This document shows positions 9,882 through 19,010 of a DNA stretch of 64,000 nt, in pieces. The notes beneath the pieces are model-generated. The model had not been told where the DNA came from. It searched no databases and saw nothing but the letters and a program-made list of their open reading frames with translations. The position numbers were made by a program, and so were the translations under genes. Within the stretch, counting starts at the first letter, position 1; the number at the start of each line of letters is the position of its first letter. The DNA lies in sequence record OR529409.1; one strand, written 5' to 3'.

Positions 9882-12271
9882 GCAGCATTCGTCCTACCAA
9901 TCGCGGTCATGGAGTGGGTATTCCTAACGATGATCCGAGCATGGGTAATGGTTTCGGTTCTTTGGCTACAGGAATGCAACAAAACAGCATGTACGGTCAA
10001 CAGCAACAAATGTTCGATCCGTCTGCGATGATGAAAATGATTTCAACGGGAGGCATGAACAGTAACCCAGCCTCCGGCGGTTGGGATTGGTCGAAAGTAG
10101 ATAGACCACAAAACCCTAATGCTGCGTTCTTGGATGAGTTTTTAGGACATCAGGAAGATGAACTCGAACACGCTTTGAAAATGGAAGCGCAGGCTTACGC
10201 AACTAAATTCGCAGCGCGTATTATCAATGACATTAAAACGAGAAACACAAGCGGATATTATAAGTTCTTCCTTAACGCGTATAATATCTTTGCACTGGTC
10301 CCTGATACGGGTCCTATGCTGTGTCCTATCAGAGGGAGGTTCATAGAGGTTATTAAGAATACTCAGGCAGCGCAATTGCGTATTGCAGGTCGTGGTGTGA
10401 CATTCGGCGCTCGTGATTTTGCTTTACAAATCATGGCTCAGAACCCACTTGACCAACGCCTGGTAGAAAACCTCTTCAGCACTGGTATCGCCAACGCCAT
10501 GTTTTTAGAAATGGTTGATTGGTTTGCTAAAACGGCTGATGGCAGAGACGCATATAGCAAACTGACTAACGAACTTAAGTTGACATTGACTAAATTACCT
10601 AAGTTCATTACTTACGCCGGGGAATGCTTCCAGTTCTTTAATATGGATAGTCCGTATAATGATCTGAGCCCAGTCCCTAAAACTTCTCCAAACCCAGATC
10701 AGAACATGAGTCAATATGTGGTCAGATCGACGTCAGGGAGTGGGATGGAGTGGTTAGGTTTCCAGCATTCTACAGAATCTCAACAGCAGAAGGAGATCCG
10801 AGAGATCAATGAATGGGTAGCGAATAATCTTCGTCACCGCCAAGAGTTCCAATATCAACAGGCTCAACAACAAACTCCCGACGCAGCGTATTGGTCTGGA
10901 CAGCAGCCACAACAACAGTATAGCTTTGGTGAGCTTCATACTAAACGTGTTGATTTCGAAAACGTCAATCCCGATAACGTGGCGGATTTCTCTTTAGAGA
11001 ACTTCAAACGCATCCCAGGGACCGATAAATACGTTGTTGATGAAACCACTTGGAGTTATTTCTCCAAGGCATTCAAACGGGCTTATCGTCCTTACGGTGA
11101 ACTTTTTGCCGGAACATACGGAATACGAGTCGTCAAGATCAATTTCGAGCTCAACGACGGTTGGGTGGACAATGTTCTGTTTATAGAAGGAGTGACTCCA
11201 GCCATGGCTTTAGCCAACCCAGCGATGCTACTTCCACATCTCGAGACTGACCAGCAAGGTAACGTGGTCATTGTCGATGAAGTGGTCCTACCAAAAGAGA
11301 AGGACGAAGAAACTGGCATTGAAATGGTTCCGTTACAGAAAGTTAAAGTAATGGAACACGCCCCGACAGCGGTTGTTGTTCCCGAGGTTGTCACAGGTGA
11401 TAGCTTTGGAAATATCGAGACCGTAATCGACACCATGTTCGATACCGTTAAACCGTCAACATCCGGATTGTTCGGTGTTGCCATCCCGGTAGAGAACTGG
11501 AAACGTTTCTTCGTAGAAGACAGCACAATCGTAGAAGAAATCTACCTTCGTTTACCTTGGCTGGTTAAAGGTAACGGCGGCGGTACTCCACCTACGTTCT
11601 TTGATTTCGTTTCAGAGATACAAAAGACGATGGATCATTATATCGGTTGTGATGAACTTCGTGGATTTGTTGAAACTCATATCACTGACACGGTTAACCG
11701 TTGGTTGGTGGATACAAGAGGTTACGGCGGCAATCGTGACGATCAATATCGCTTCAGAATTAATGGGATCTTCAGCAATCTCAAGAATCTGATTAATCAC
11801 TTAGAGAAAAACGATCCCGATACGTTCAGTGTTTTGATCGATCCTAAGCGGTTTAAGCGACTCTTTACTAAGTGTAAACTGTTTGCACCGCGTGAGACAC
11901 GTTCAGCGCTCTTGAATGGCGCTCTGCCGAGTTCTCCAACTCAGGCTGCGATAGCTAAGGAAAATGATAAGAAAGCTATGGTCGTCCTTACAGACGTCGT
12001 AGTGACCCGTATCGGCAATATCCTCGCACCTAATACACAAAAGACCGTTATCAACGTAAAACGTTCAGCGTTCCCAGAGATGTTCTCTTTAATCGAACGT
12101 TCATTTGGGAAAACCTCCGATCTGTTACCAGAAGGTGTTGAACAGGTACTGTCTTTTGTCAGTGACGACAGTCTTTGGACTTTCAACACATCAGGATTTG
12201 ATTCCAACGTCGCTGTTATGCGTAAGGTACCCAGAACCCAAGGCATGCTTAATTTTAAATTAATTGAATAA
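9878..12271 (+). CDS. Large conserved hypothetical protein with M/G/N/Q-rich low-complexity regions
   Basis: 797 aa; ATGA overlap with the RNAP gene. Confidence 0.7.
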   Translation: MSSIRPTNRGHGVGIPNDDPSMGNGFGSLATGMQQNSMYGQQQQMFDPSAMMKMISTGGMNSNPASGGWDWSKVDRPQNPNAAFLDEFLGHQEDELEHALKMEAQAYATKFAARIINDIKTRNTSGYYKFFLNAYNIFALVPDTGPMLCPIRGRFIEVIKNTQAAQLRIAGRGVTFGARDFALQIMAQNPLDQRLVENLFSTGIANAMFLEMVDWFAKTADGRDAYSKLTNELKLTLTKLPKFITYAGECFQFFNMDSPYNDLSPVPKTSPNPDQNMSQYVVRSTSGSGMEWLGFQHSTESQQQKEIREINEWVANNLRHRQEFQYQQAQQQTPDAAYWSGQQPQQQYSFGELHTKRVDFENVNPDNVADFSLENFKRIPGTDKYVVDETTWSYFSKAFKRAYRPYGELFAGTYGIRVVKINFELNDGWVDNVLFIEGVTPAMALANPAMLLPHLETDQQGNVVIVDEVVLPKEKDEETGIEMVPLQKVKVMEHAPTAVVVPEVVTGDSFGNIETVIDTMFDTVKPSTSGLFGVAIPVENWKRFFVEDSTIVEEIYLRLPWLVKGNGGGTPPTFFDFVSEIQKTMDHYIGCDELRGFVETHITDTVNRWLVDTRGYGGNRDDQYRFRINGIFSNLKNLINHLEKNDPDTFSVLIDPKRFKRLFTKCKLFAPRETRSALLNGALPSSPTQAAIAKENDKKAMVVLTDVVVTRIGNILAPNTQKTVINVKRSAFPEMFSLIERSFGKTSDLLPEGVEQVLSFVSDDSLWTFNTSGFDSNVAVMRKVPRTQGMLNFKLIE

Positions 12272-12313
12272 CCCCACCATCCTAGAACCATTTAATCGAT
12301 TAAGTAGTTCCTT

Positions 12314-12346
12314 GGGGGTAGGCGTTTAAACCAAACGCCTACCCCC
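12314..12346. terminator. GC-rich hairpin upstream of tnpB (terminator or IS left-end hairpin)
   Basis: GGGGGTAGGCGTTT-AAACC-AAACGCCTACCCCC, perfect 14-bp stem, no clear U-tract. Confidence 0.5.
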
Positions 12347-12364
12347 ATATTGTAAAGGTGATCC

Positions 12365-13501
12365 ATGTTTATTTCTAAAAAGGGTAAACTCCGCCCGCAT
12401 AAAGATGATTTAGAAACAATCGAAAAAACCTTTGGTTGCCGGAGGTTTGTATGGAATCAGTTATTAGGATTACATAAAGAGCAATATGAAAAATGGGAAA
12501 AAGGAGAGGTATCTGAAAAACCTAAGATTTCTCTTTTACGGTTTCAGAATAAGTTAATGGAATTGAAATCGGCTAATCCTTGGTTATACGAAGTTTCTAA
12601 TGTTGTTTTACAACAGTCCTTCATTGACCTTTATAATGCCTTTCATAACTTCTTTAAAGGTTTGTCAGGTTACCCTAAATTTAAATCGAAAAGAGGAATC
12701 CAATCTTTTCGATTTTCAGGCAGCCGGGATATTCACGTCGATAATTTCAAATTAAGAATACCCAAATGTAAGAATAGGTCCTCTATTTCTAAAAACGTTA
12801 TACTCAACAACCCGTCTTCTTATACTGTTACTAAAGACCTCGTAGGAGATTATTTTATTTCCTTCGTAGACCAAATTGAAGAGATCGAACAAGAACCTGA
12901 GAGCATAGGAAAGTTCGTAGGAATCGATTTGGGTATTAAATCTTTAGCGGTTATTAAACATCTTAACGGTAACGTAGAGGAAATAGAAAATCCTAAATTT
13001 TATCGTAAAGCTGAAAAACGTTTAAAAATGCTACAACGCCGTTTAAGTAAGAAACAGAAAGGGAGTAATAACCGAAATAAAGCTAGAATTAAATTAGCGA
13101 AATACTGCCGTAAAGTCGCGAATCAACGTAATGACTTTTTACATAAATTATCCACTCGATTAATTACCGAAAACCAAGGGATTAATATCGAGGATTTAAA
13201 TGTAAAAGGTATGATCAAAAACCATAACTTAGCAAAGTCGATTCAAGATGCATCTTTTGGTATGTTCAGGAACATGTTAGAATATAAAGCTAATCGTTAC
13301 ACTGTACCAAAAATCATCGGTGTTGTAAACAGGCTCTATCCCAGCACGCAGATTTGTTCTCATTGTAACACCAAAAGTGAAGTGAAAATCAAACTTCATA
13401 TCCGAGAATGGACTTGTGGTCACTGCGGAACTCATCACGATCGTGACATCAATGCTGCTACGAATATCCTTAACCAAGGATTACGTTTAACAACCTCCTA
13501 G
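12365..13501 (+). CDS. tnpB: RNA-guided endonuclease TnpB (IS200/IS605 OrfB)
   Basis: HTH FGCRRFVWN; RuvC-I GIDLGIK; RuvC-II IEDLNV; Zn ribbon CSHC/CGHC; RuvC-III HDRDINAATNI; visibly more AT-rich than its flanks. Confidence 0.95.
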   Translation: MFISKKGKLRPHKDDLETIEKTFGCRRFVWNQLLGLHKEQYEKWEKGEVSEKPKISLLRFQNKLMELKSANPWLYEVSNVVLQQSFIDLYNAFHNFFKGLSGYPKFKSKRGIQSFRFSGSRDIHVDNFKLRIPKCKNRSSISKNVILNNPSSYTVTKDLVGDYFISFVDQIEEIEQEPESIGKFVGIDLGIKSLAVIKHLNGNVEEIENPKFYRKAEKRLKMLQRRLSKKQKGSNNRNKARIKLAKYCRKVANQRNDFLHKLSTRLITENQGINIEDLNVKGMIKNHNLAKSIQDASFGMFRNMLEYKANRYTVPKIIGVVNRLYPSTQICSHCNTKSEVKIKLHIREWTCGHCGTHHDRDINAATNILNQGLRLTTS

Positions 13502-13640
13502 GTTAAGGGTATTTATTACCCTTGGTCTGAGGGGAAGTTAAGCCTGTGGAGACAAGTTGCAGTAGGGACTTTCTATGAAGCAGGAAGTTATTTATTTAAC
13601 AAGACACTAAGTAGTTACTATCGGACATCCTTCCTTAACG
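13420..13640 (+). ncRNA. Predicted TnpB omegaRNA (scaffold plus about 16-nt guide)
   Basis: After the tnpB stop: hairpin AAGGGTA-TTTAT-TACCCTT, then GCCTGTGGAG (13542), GAAGCAGGAA (13577) and AGTAGTTAC (ending 13618), motifs I recall as typical of IS605/IS1341 right ends. Boundaries approximate. Confidence 0.6.
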
Positions 13641-13686
13641 GGAGGGTATCCCTTAATAACCATTTCCCACAAAAAAGGAATACGAA

Positions 13687-14322
13687 ATGAATCGTCCAAT
13701 TTTTAAAATTAGTCAGCACGCGCAGTTGTCGATCCCGGCCCTCATCGATGTTACAGAAAATGAAGCGGAATGCTCGTCACTTGTTTACGGCCTCCATCCT
13801 TCCATGACCGGGGTATTCTCTGAACGCCAGAAGGATTCAATGGCAGAGAGTCTTTACCTAATGGGTCAGTACGCCGAAATCATTCCCAGGAATAAGCCGG
13901 AGTGTACGATTGATTATCATCCCATCACTAACGAGCATTACCTTAAATCGTTTAAACATTATTACGAAGCATGGGTTGCTTTGGGTAGAGATGAAGTGGT
14001 GATGCAGGGAGCTACTGTTAGGGTTTCGTCGTTTTTATTATTAAGGACTATGTTCAATGGGGTCATAGGAATTCTACCTTATCTCGACCCCAAAGGACAT
14101 CGGATGCAAGCAAAGGAATACGCTAAATTAGACGATTTGGTTAAACTGACCTACGGCGTGCCCGCTGGGTCATTCTCGGCGACCCCCGATTACCAGGTTG
14201 TTCCTAAAATAGAGGTGCGGGAACAGATCGTGATGAGCTTCACTGACAAATACGGTAATGTCATCACCATCACTGGAATCGATAGAGAAAAGATGATCGA
14301 ACAGATAGAAAAATTAAAGTAA
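13687..14322 (+). CDS. Hypothetical protein
   Basis: 211 aa; RBS AAGGA; followed by a terminator. Confidence 0.7.
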   Translation: MNRPIFKISQHAQLSIPALIDVTENEAECSSLVYGLHPSMTGVFSERQKDSMAESLYLMGQYAEIIPRNKPECTIDYHPITNEHYLKSFKHYYEAWVALGRDEVVMQGATVRVSSFLLLRTMFNGVIGILPYLDPKGHRMQAKEYAKLDDLVKLTYGVPAGSFSATPDYQVVPKIEVREQIVMSFTDKYGNVITITGIDREKMIEQIEKLK

Positions 14323-14328
14323 TCGTCT

Positions 14329-14360
14329 TCCCTACCACTCCTTAACTGGAGTGGTAGGGA
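14329..14360 (+). terminator. Intrinsic terminator
   Basis: TCCCTACCACTCC-TTAACT-GGAGTGGTAGGGA. Confidence 0.8.
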
Positions 14361-14401
14361 GTAAGAAAGCTTTAATTTTTTAACATGAAGATTTTTATAA
14401 G

Positions 14402-14420
14402 TCGATATCATTCAGGTGTA
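14402..14420 (+). promoter_or_regulatory. Putative early promoter TCGATATCATTCAGGTGTA
   Basis: 16/19 identical to TCGATATTATTTATGTGTA at 56890; both follow a terminator and T-tract and precede an RBS. Confidence 0.55.
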
Positions 14421-14464
14421 TAAACAACAAGTATTTTAATTCTTATTCACTAAAGAGGTCCAAA

Positions 14465-15037
14465 ATGGAAATTCGTAAAGATATGATCAATGAAATCGCC
14501 GCTCGTATCATCTCTGGTTGCAACGACGTGGAAGCCAGTGTCCGCGAAAAGCTGCTGCGTAATTTGGTTAATGGTGAGATCTGGCAGTTCGAGCTCAATG
14601 AAACTGAGCAAGCGGAACTGATCGCGATCGTAAGCAAAGAGTTCGGTATTTCCGATCTGGTCTACGTCGAACCGCAGAAAAACATTTCTGAAGAAGATGT
14701 CGCCAAAGTCGCTGCCAGTGTTAACGGGCATGTCGAACACAAATATCTGAATCTGCGAAATGCGATGGCGGTCGGCGCAGTACTCGGTGCCGGTGCGGCC
14801 ATCTTAAAAGAAGGTGCGAACGCAATTAATGCCGGTGCTGGTGTGGTCGGCGCTGCTGTTTCTTACGGCGTGGGTTATCTGGCTGACAAGAAACATATCG
14901 GTATGGGTAATCAGTACGCTGATGTCGCGGCAGGTATTGTTGCCGGTGGTGTTATCGGTGGCGGCGCTGTATTTGGCGCGGGCTTCGTCACCAAACGTTT
15001 CTTCAGCAATGAAGAAGTTGAAGTTGTTGCAGAGTAA
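14465..15037 (+). CDS. Glycine-zipper membrane protein A
   Basis: RBS GAGG; optimal codons; C-terminal GxxxG-rich helices (GAVLGAGA, GVVGAAVSYGVGYLAD, GIVAGGVIGGG). Confidence 0.8.
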   Translation: MEIRKDMINEIAARIISGCNDVEASVREKLLRNLVNGEIWQFELNETEQAELIAIVSKEFGISDLVYVEPQKNISEEDVAKVAASVNGHVEHKYLNLRNAMAVGAVLGAGAAILKEGANAINAGAGVVGAAVSYGVGYLADKKHIGMGNQYADVAAGIVAGGVIGGGAVFGAGFVTKRFFSNEEVEVVAE

Positions 15038-15100
15038 TAAACGCATCTGAAATATCCGATGCATCTTAAATTAAACTATCAATAGTAAGGAAATACGATC

Positions 15101-15493
15101 ATGAAAAAAGAAAACACTGAACTGACTGGTGCTGAACTCGACGAAGCTAAAGCAATGCTGGCTGTTGATGCAGAAACTTCTCTGTTCGACGATATCTGTG
15201 AAAAACTCGGTGGCTACGTAGCTACCGACAAACAGAAAAGCCACGTGAAAGCCGCAGTGATCGGTGGTGTTATCGGCACCGCTCTGAGCATGGCGAGCAA
15301 ACCATCTGTCGGCACGCTGATCGGTGGCGTGGTTGGTACCGCAGGCGGCGCTTATGTGGGTAGCCGTATCGCTGATGATCTGAGCAATCAGTTCATTGAC
15401 AAACTGCTCACCGCTGACATTGGCTTCCTGTGCAGCACCATCGGGGCGTCCATCGGTAGTGCATTAACCCCGAGTAAAGTCGAAGCGAACTAA
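15101..15493 (+). CDS. Glycine-zipper membrane protein B
   Basis: RBS AAGGA; GGVIGTA, KPSVGTLIGGVVGTAGGAYVGSRIAD. Confidence 0.8.
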   Translation: MKKENTELTGAELDEAKAMLAVDAETSLFDDICEKLGGYVATDKQKSHVKAAVIGGVIGTALSMASKPSVGTLIGGVVGTAGGAYVGSRIADDLSNQFIDKLLTADIGFLCSTIGASIGSALTPSKVEAN

Positions 15494-15561
15494 ATCTTCT
15501 AGTTCGTTTAAACACTGTTAAATTTTAGGCAACTCAACATCAAAACGTAAGAGGTATTATC

Positions 15562-15957
15562 ATGGATATGGCAAACAAACCTGCAGTTAACAACATCACT
15601 GTGTCAGAAGAAGAAATTCTGAAAAAGCTGGCCGGTCACAAATCCACCGATGTCAACTATCGGGTCGGTCGAATCGCTGGTGTGATGGGCGCAGTCGTCG
15701 GTGGTGCACATCGCACTATCACTCAAGGTATTAAACCGTCAACTGTCGTCGGCGCGGTAGTCGGCGGTTTAGTTGGATACAAAACTGGTAAGCTCGCGGA
15801 TAGCTTCAGCGGCCTGACGGGAACGCATTCCCCGATCGCAGATGTCGGCGCATTCACAGCAGGTTACGGTGTAACTCTGGGCATGAGCGCCCTGGCAGCC
15901 ACCTTCGATCAGTACATCACTCCGCTGTACGAATCAGAAGAAGAAACCGAAGAATAA
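15562..15957 (+). CDS. Glycine-zipper membrane protein C
   Basis: RBS GAGGT; GVMGAVVGG, KPSTVVGAVVGGLVGYKTGKLAD; acidic tail. Confidence 0.8.
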   Translation: MDMANKPAVNNITVSEEEILKKLAGHKSTDVNYRVGRIAGVMGAVVGGAHRTITQGIKPSTVVGAVVGGLVGYKTGKLADSFSGLTGTHSPIADVGAFTAGYGVTLGMSALAATFDQYITPLYESEEETEE

Positions 15958-15963
15958 GAAAGT

Positions 15964-15995
15964 TAACTCCTCTACCCTTACGGGTAGAGGAGTTA
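15964..15995. terminator. Bidirectional terminator
   Basis: TAACTCCTCTACCC-TTAC-GGGTAGAGGAGTTA between convergent genes. Confidence 0.85.
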
Positions 15996-16015
15996 CTTAA
16001 TTACTTATTTTTTTT

Positions 16016-18985
16016 TTATTCCGGGATGGAATCGTCAACTTGGAAGTCGTCTTTCTTATCGCCGTCTTCTTCTGTCTTTGTTTCTTCCTCAGTTTGGTTT
16101 TCTTCTTCTTCGGAAGTGTCTGTTCCCGTCTCTTCTTCCTCAGTCGTTCCCCCTTCCCCAGGCAAATCTTCCTCTATAGAGAAATCGTCGTCTGTCTGAG
16201 TTCCCTCTTCAGGGTTACCCTCATCAGCAGGTGGGGCGCCGAACTCATCCGCCGGAGGCTGTTCCGCAGGCATGATCTTTTCCAAACGTTTAGTCAGTCG
16301 ATCAGTCTCTTTATTCCAGGCCTTCATGAACTGTTCTAAGAACATTCCACTGTTGTCCACGTACTGAGATATGTTGTGGATTAACGAATAGACCCCGCCC
16401 TCTTTACCCTTGTTACCGATAAGATCGAACGGCATAGGGAGGTTGAATCGATCATAAAGTTCAATTAGATAAGTACTGCGAATAATGGATTTGACTTTCT
16501 CAATATCCAACCCGCCGCTACCATCAGTTTTGTTCATGATCTGTTCAATCAGACCGGAAGTCCCTGACATTTCAACCCACGAGTTTACAAACTGATTGAC
16601 CGTATCGATTTTATCTTTCAGTTTGGTTACTGATTCCTGAGTAGCCGGAGTCGGTAAGGTCACGGTGAGGTTGTTGATAAAGTCAGCCAGGATAACTTCA
16701 ACGATGTGCTCGTTAGTCCCCTCTATCTCTTCGCCGTTATCAGGTTTCCACAACGATTTGTTCTCGTTAATAGTGTCGACTAAACGATTCAACATAACCT
16801 GGTTAACCAACATATCCTTACGTTCGATCTCGGCAACAAAGTCACCCAATACCTTCTGCCAGATCAATGTTTGGTTGCGGAGCATTTCCTGCTCGGCCAA
16901 TGCTTCGACCTGGAAGTTGGTTCCTTCTTCTTTATCGTCCAACCAAGTACGTTGGAGTTTAAAAGTGGAGGCGATGTTGTTGAGGAGGTTCTGTCTGGAG
17001 GTTTCGTCGATAGCTTTGAAGTTACCGCGTTCAACCGGTTCCAAAGTTATCTTGGGTCCGACCATCCACGGGTTACCGTTACTATTAACCTCAACGATCA
17101 GGGATTGAGTCTTCATTGCTTCAACAATGTCGGGTACTGAAACAGTACCAGAGTTTACCACGTTGTGAAGCGTTGGGTTTACCCTGAAGAACTGCGCCCT
17201 GGCCGTAGCAATCGTACCATCCGGATCAACGTCGTCTTCTTCCAGATCAACCACTAAACGCTGACGGGTTTGAGCCTGATCCAAGTTAGCCAGAATGTCA
17301 GCAGTATCCAATGCTGCCAGACGACCGATATGGAGTTTAGCCTGGTTGGTTAAAGAAGAACCAATACCAAAGCTATTGTAGTCAAACGCGACGTAGGTGA
17401 AGTACTCTGCCGGAATGTAAAGAACCCGAACACCCTGTTGCTTGAAAGAACGAGCCAGGAAGATCTTCAGGTTAGCTTCAACCAATTCAACAGAAATATT
17501 TTTCCCACTCACCCCGGAAGCAATAGCCTGGATAAGGGATTTTTCTATTTGATCCTTCGATAACAGGGTGAATTCTGACATATCGAAGTCACAATCGGCA
17601 CCTTGCTGAACTTTCTTCAGGTTAGCGATAAGTGCGTTGGTTCCACCTGTTTTATTAGGTGTGTCGATCTTATCTTTCTGACCCTTAGTGGACTGATAGA
17701 AGTTAAAGTCTCTTGTGCTTTTTAAGAACTCACCGTTGGATGGATCAAGCAAGGCGAACCCACCAATGAGCTTAGTTCTATCGCCTTCCATATGGACGGG
17801 AATAAAAGCTTCACTCGGAATATGATACCGTAACGGAATTCCATAAACTGAGGTGTCGTAAACCCCTGGGCTACGAACACTGATGGTTTGACGATGCGGG
17901 TAACTGCGGTGTGGATAAAACTCATTCTGAAGAACTTCCAGTTGGCTTTCCGGCAAGATCTGAGTTTTAGTATCGGCATTAGGCGTCCCGTTCTTACGTT
18001 TGGCCTTAGTGTCGTCAGGTTCTTTATTCGACTTCTTAGGATCTTCCTTTTTCTTATCCTTGGTCGCCGTAGTCTCTTCTTCGCCTTCCTCACCTTTTTT
18101 CTCTAGACGAGATTTAATAAGGGAAGCGAGATCTTCTGTCCCGCCGATGTCGTTAACGATCTTCTTCGTTAAAACCTGATTCACGGAACGAAGAGCCAGA
18201 ACCGCCGGGTTGTCTGTCAAGGTAATCCCGAACCCTTCGCCTTCATCATTCTCGATCAATTCGAATTCAGTTGAGGCGTCTGGGGTGGAGTGGCTAAACA
18301 AAGCCTCTAGCCCGTGAACGACGTTATTGAGCTGCTTAGGGCCCCTCACCAATCCTTTGTTGATGGCGAGAAACTTACCGTCCACATTTTTAAATTGCTT
18401 CTCAATCTCTGGTTTTATCTGAGTGTTAATGTAACTTTCGTTACCCGTCACTCCGTCTTCACCAAACTGCTGACCGTTGATAAGGTGATCCAGCGCAGGT
18501 CTAGAGATGTTCAAAAGCACGTAGGACCCTGTACCGAACAACCCATCTTTGATGAACTCCGGTAATAGCTTCTCGATTTTATAGTCGCTGGTATAGTAGG
18601 TTTCCGTCTTACGGAGCAACTCTTCATGCAGCTTAGTATTTTTAAATTGAGACCGCAAAGTATCGTGAGTAAGGATCCTTTCCTGTAATCCGTTCGGGTA
18701 GAGGAGAAGCGTCTTCCAGATTAATTCCGCGCGCGAAACATAAGGTGTGATTTCCCTTAAGTCAGTTGCCGCATTGATATTGCTGGCAATGATATCGCTG
18801 ATCTTTTTTAATTTGGAAGGCTGGACTTTACGTTCTTTCTCATCCGTATTTCTGGTATGATCTCTCTCGTCCCGAACGAGGTTCCGAACGACGCTTTTTA
18901 ACGAGGGGCTGATATTGTTTAAATTACCCCTGAGTTTGGTTTGATCGAGGTAATCATATCCTCGGGTTGAACGCGTTCTATTCAT
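16016..18985 (-). CDS. Portal protein (phiKZ gp129 / SPN3US gp81-like)
   Basis: 989 aa, helical, acidic disordered C-tail, head-protease-type motifs (GNES, GLEA); reverse orientation, divergent from the gp128-like gene as in phiKZ-like synteny. Confidence 0.7.
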   Translation of the reverse strand: MNRTRSTRGYDYLDQTKLRGNLNNISPSLKSVVRNLVRDERDHTRNTDEKERKVQPSKLKKISDIIASNINAATDLREITPYVSRAELIWKTLLLYPNGLQERILTHDTLRSQFKNTKLHEELLRKTETYYTSDYKIEKLLPEFIKDGLFGTGSYVLLNISRPALDHLINGQQFGEDGVTGNESYINTQIKPEIEKQFKNVDGKFLAINKGLVRGPKQLNNVVHGLEALFSHSTPDASTEFELIENDEGEGFGITLTDNPAVLALRSVNQVLTKKIVNDIGGTEDLASLIKSRLEKKGEEGEEETTATKDKKKEDPKKSNKEPDDTKAKRKNGTPNADTKTQILPESQLEVLQNEFYPHRSYPHRQTISVRSPGVYDTSVYGIPLRYHIPSEAFIPVHMEGDRTKLIGGFALLDPSNGEFLKSTRDFNFYQSTKGQKDKIDTPNKTGGTNALIANLKKVQQGADCDFDMSEFTLLSKDQIEKSLIQAIASGVSGKNISVELVEANLKIFLARSFKQQGVRVLYIPAEYFTYVAFDYNSFGIGSSLTNQAKLHIGRLAALDTADILANLDQAQTRQRLVVDLEEDDVDPDGTIATARAQFFRVNPTLHNVVNSGTVSVPDIVEAMKTQSLIVEVNSNGNPWMVGPKITLEPVERGNFKAIDETSRQNLLNNIASTFKLQRTWLDDKEEGTNFQVEALAEQEMLRNQTLIWQKVLGDFVAEIERKDMLVNQVMLNRLVDTINENKSLWKPDNGEEIEGTNEHIVEVILADFINNLTVTLPTPATQESVTKLKDKIDTVNQFVNSWVEMSGTSGLIEQIMNKTDGSGGLDIEKVKSIIRSTYLIELYDRFNLPMPFDLIGNKGKEGGVYSLIHNISQYVDNSGMFLEQFMKAWNKETDRLTKRLEKIMPAEQPPADEFGAPPADEGNPEEGTQTDDDFSIEEDLPGEGGTTEEEETGTDTSEEEENQTEEETKTEEDGDKKDDFQVDDSIPE

Positions 18986-19010
18986 AAATGTAGACTCTTA
19001 GAGAAGACTC

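Larger units (their letters stand above)
12301..13618 (+). mobile_element. IS1341-like (tnpB-only) IS200/IS605-family remnant
   Basis: tnpB without tnpA; right-end-like motif; TAAGTAGTT at both 12301 and 13608. Confidence 0.55.

Noticed and set aside
12310-13607. Classical DDE insertion sequence with 9-bp TSD
   Set aside because: No terminal inverted repeats and no DDE transposase; the encoded protein is TnpB.
16016-16270. Acidic low-complexity portal C-terminus as a novel repeat
   Set aside because: No periodicity; disordered acidic tails are common in large-phage portals.
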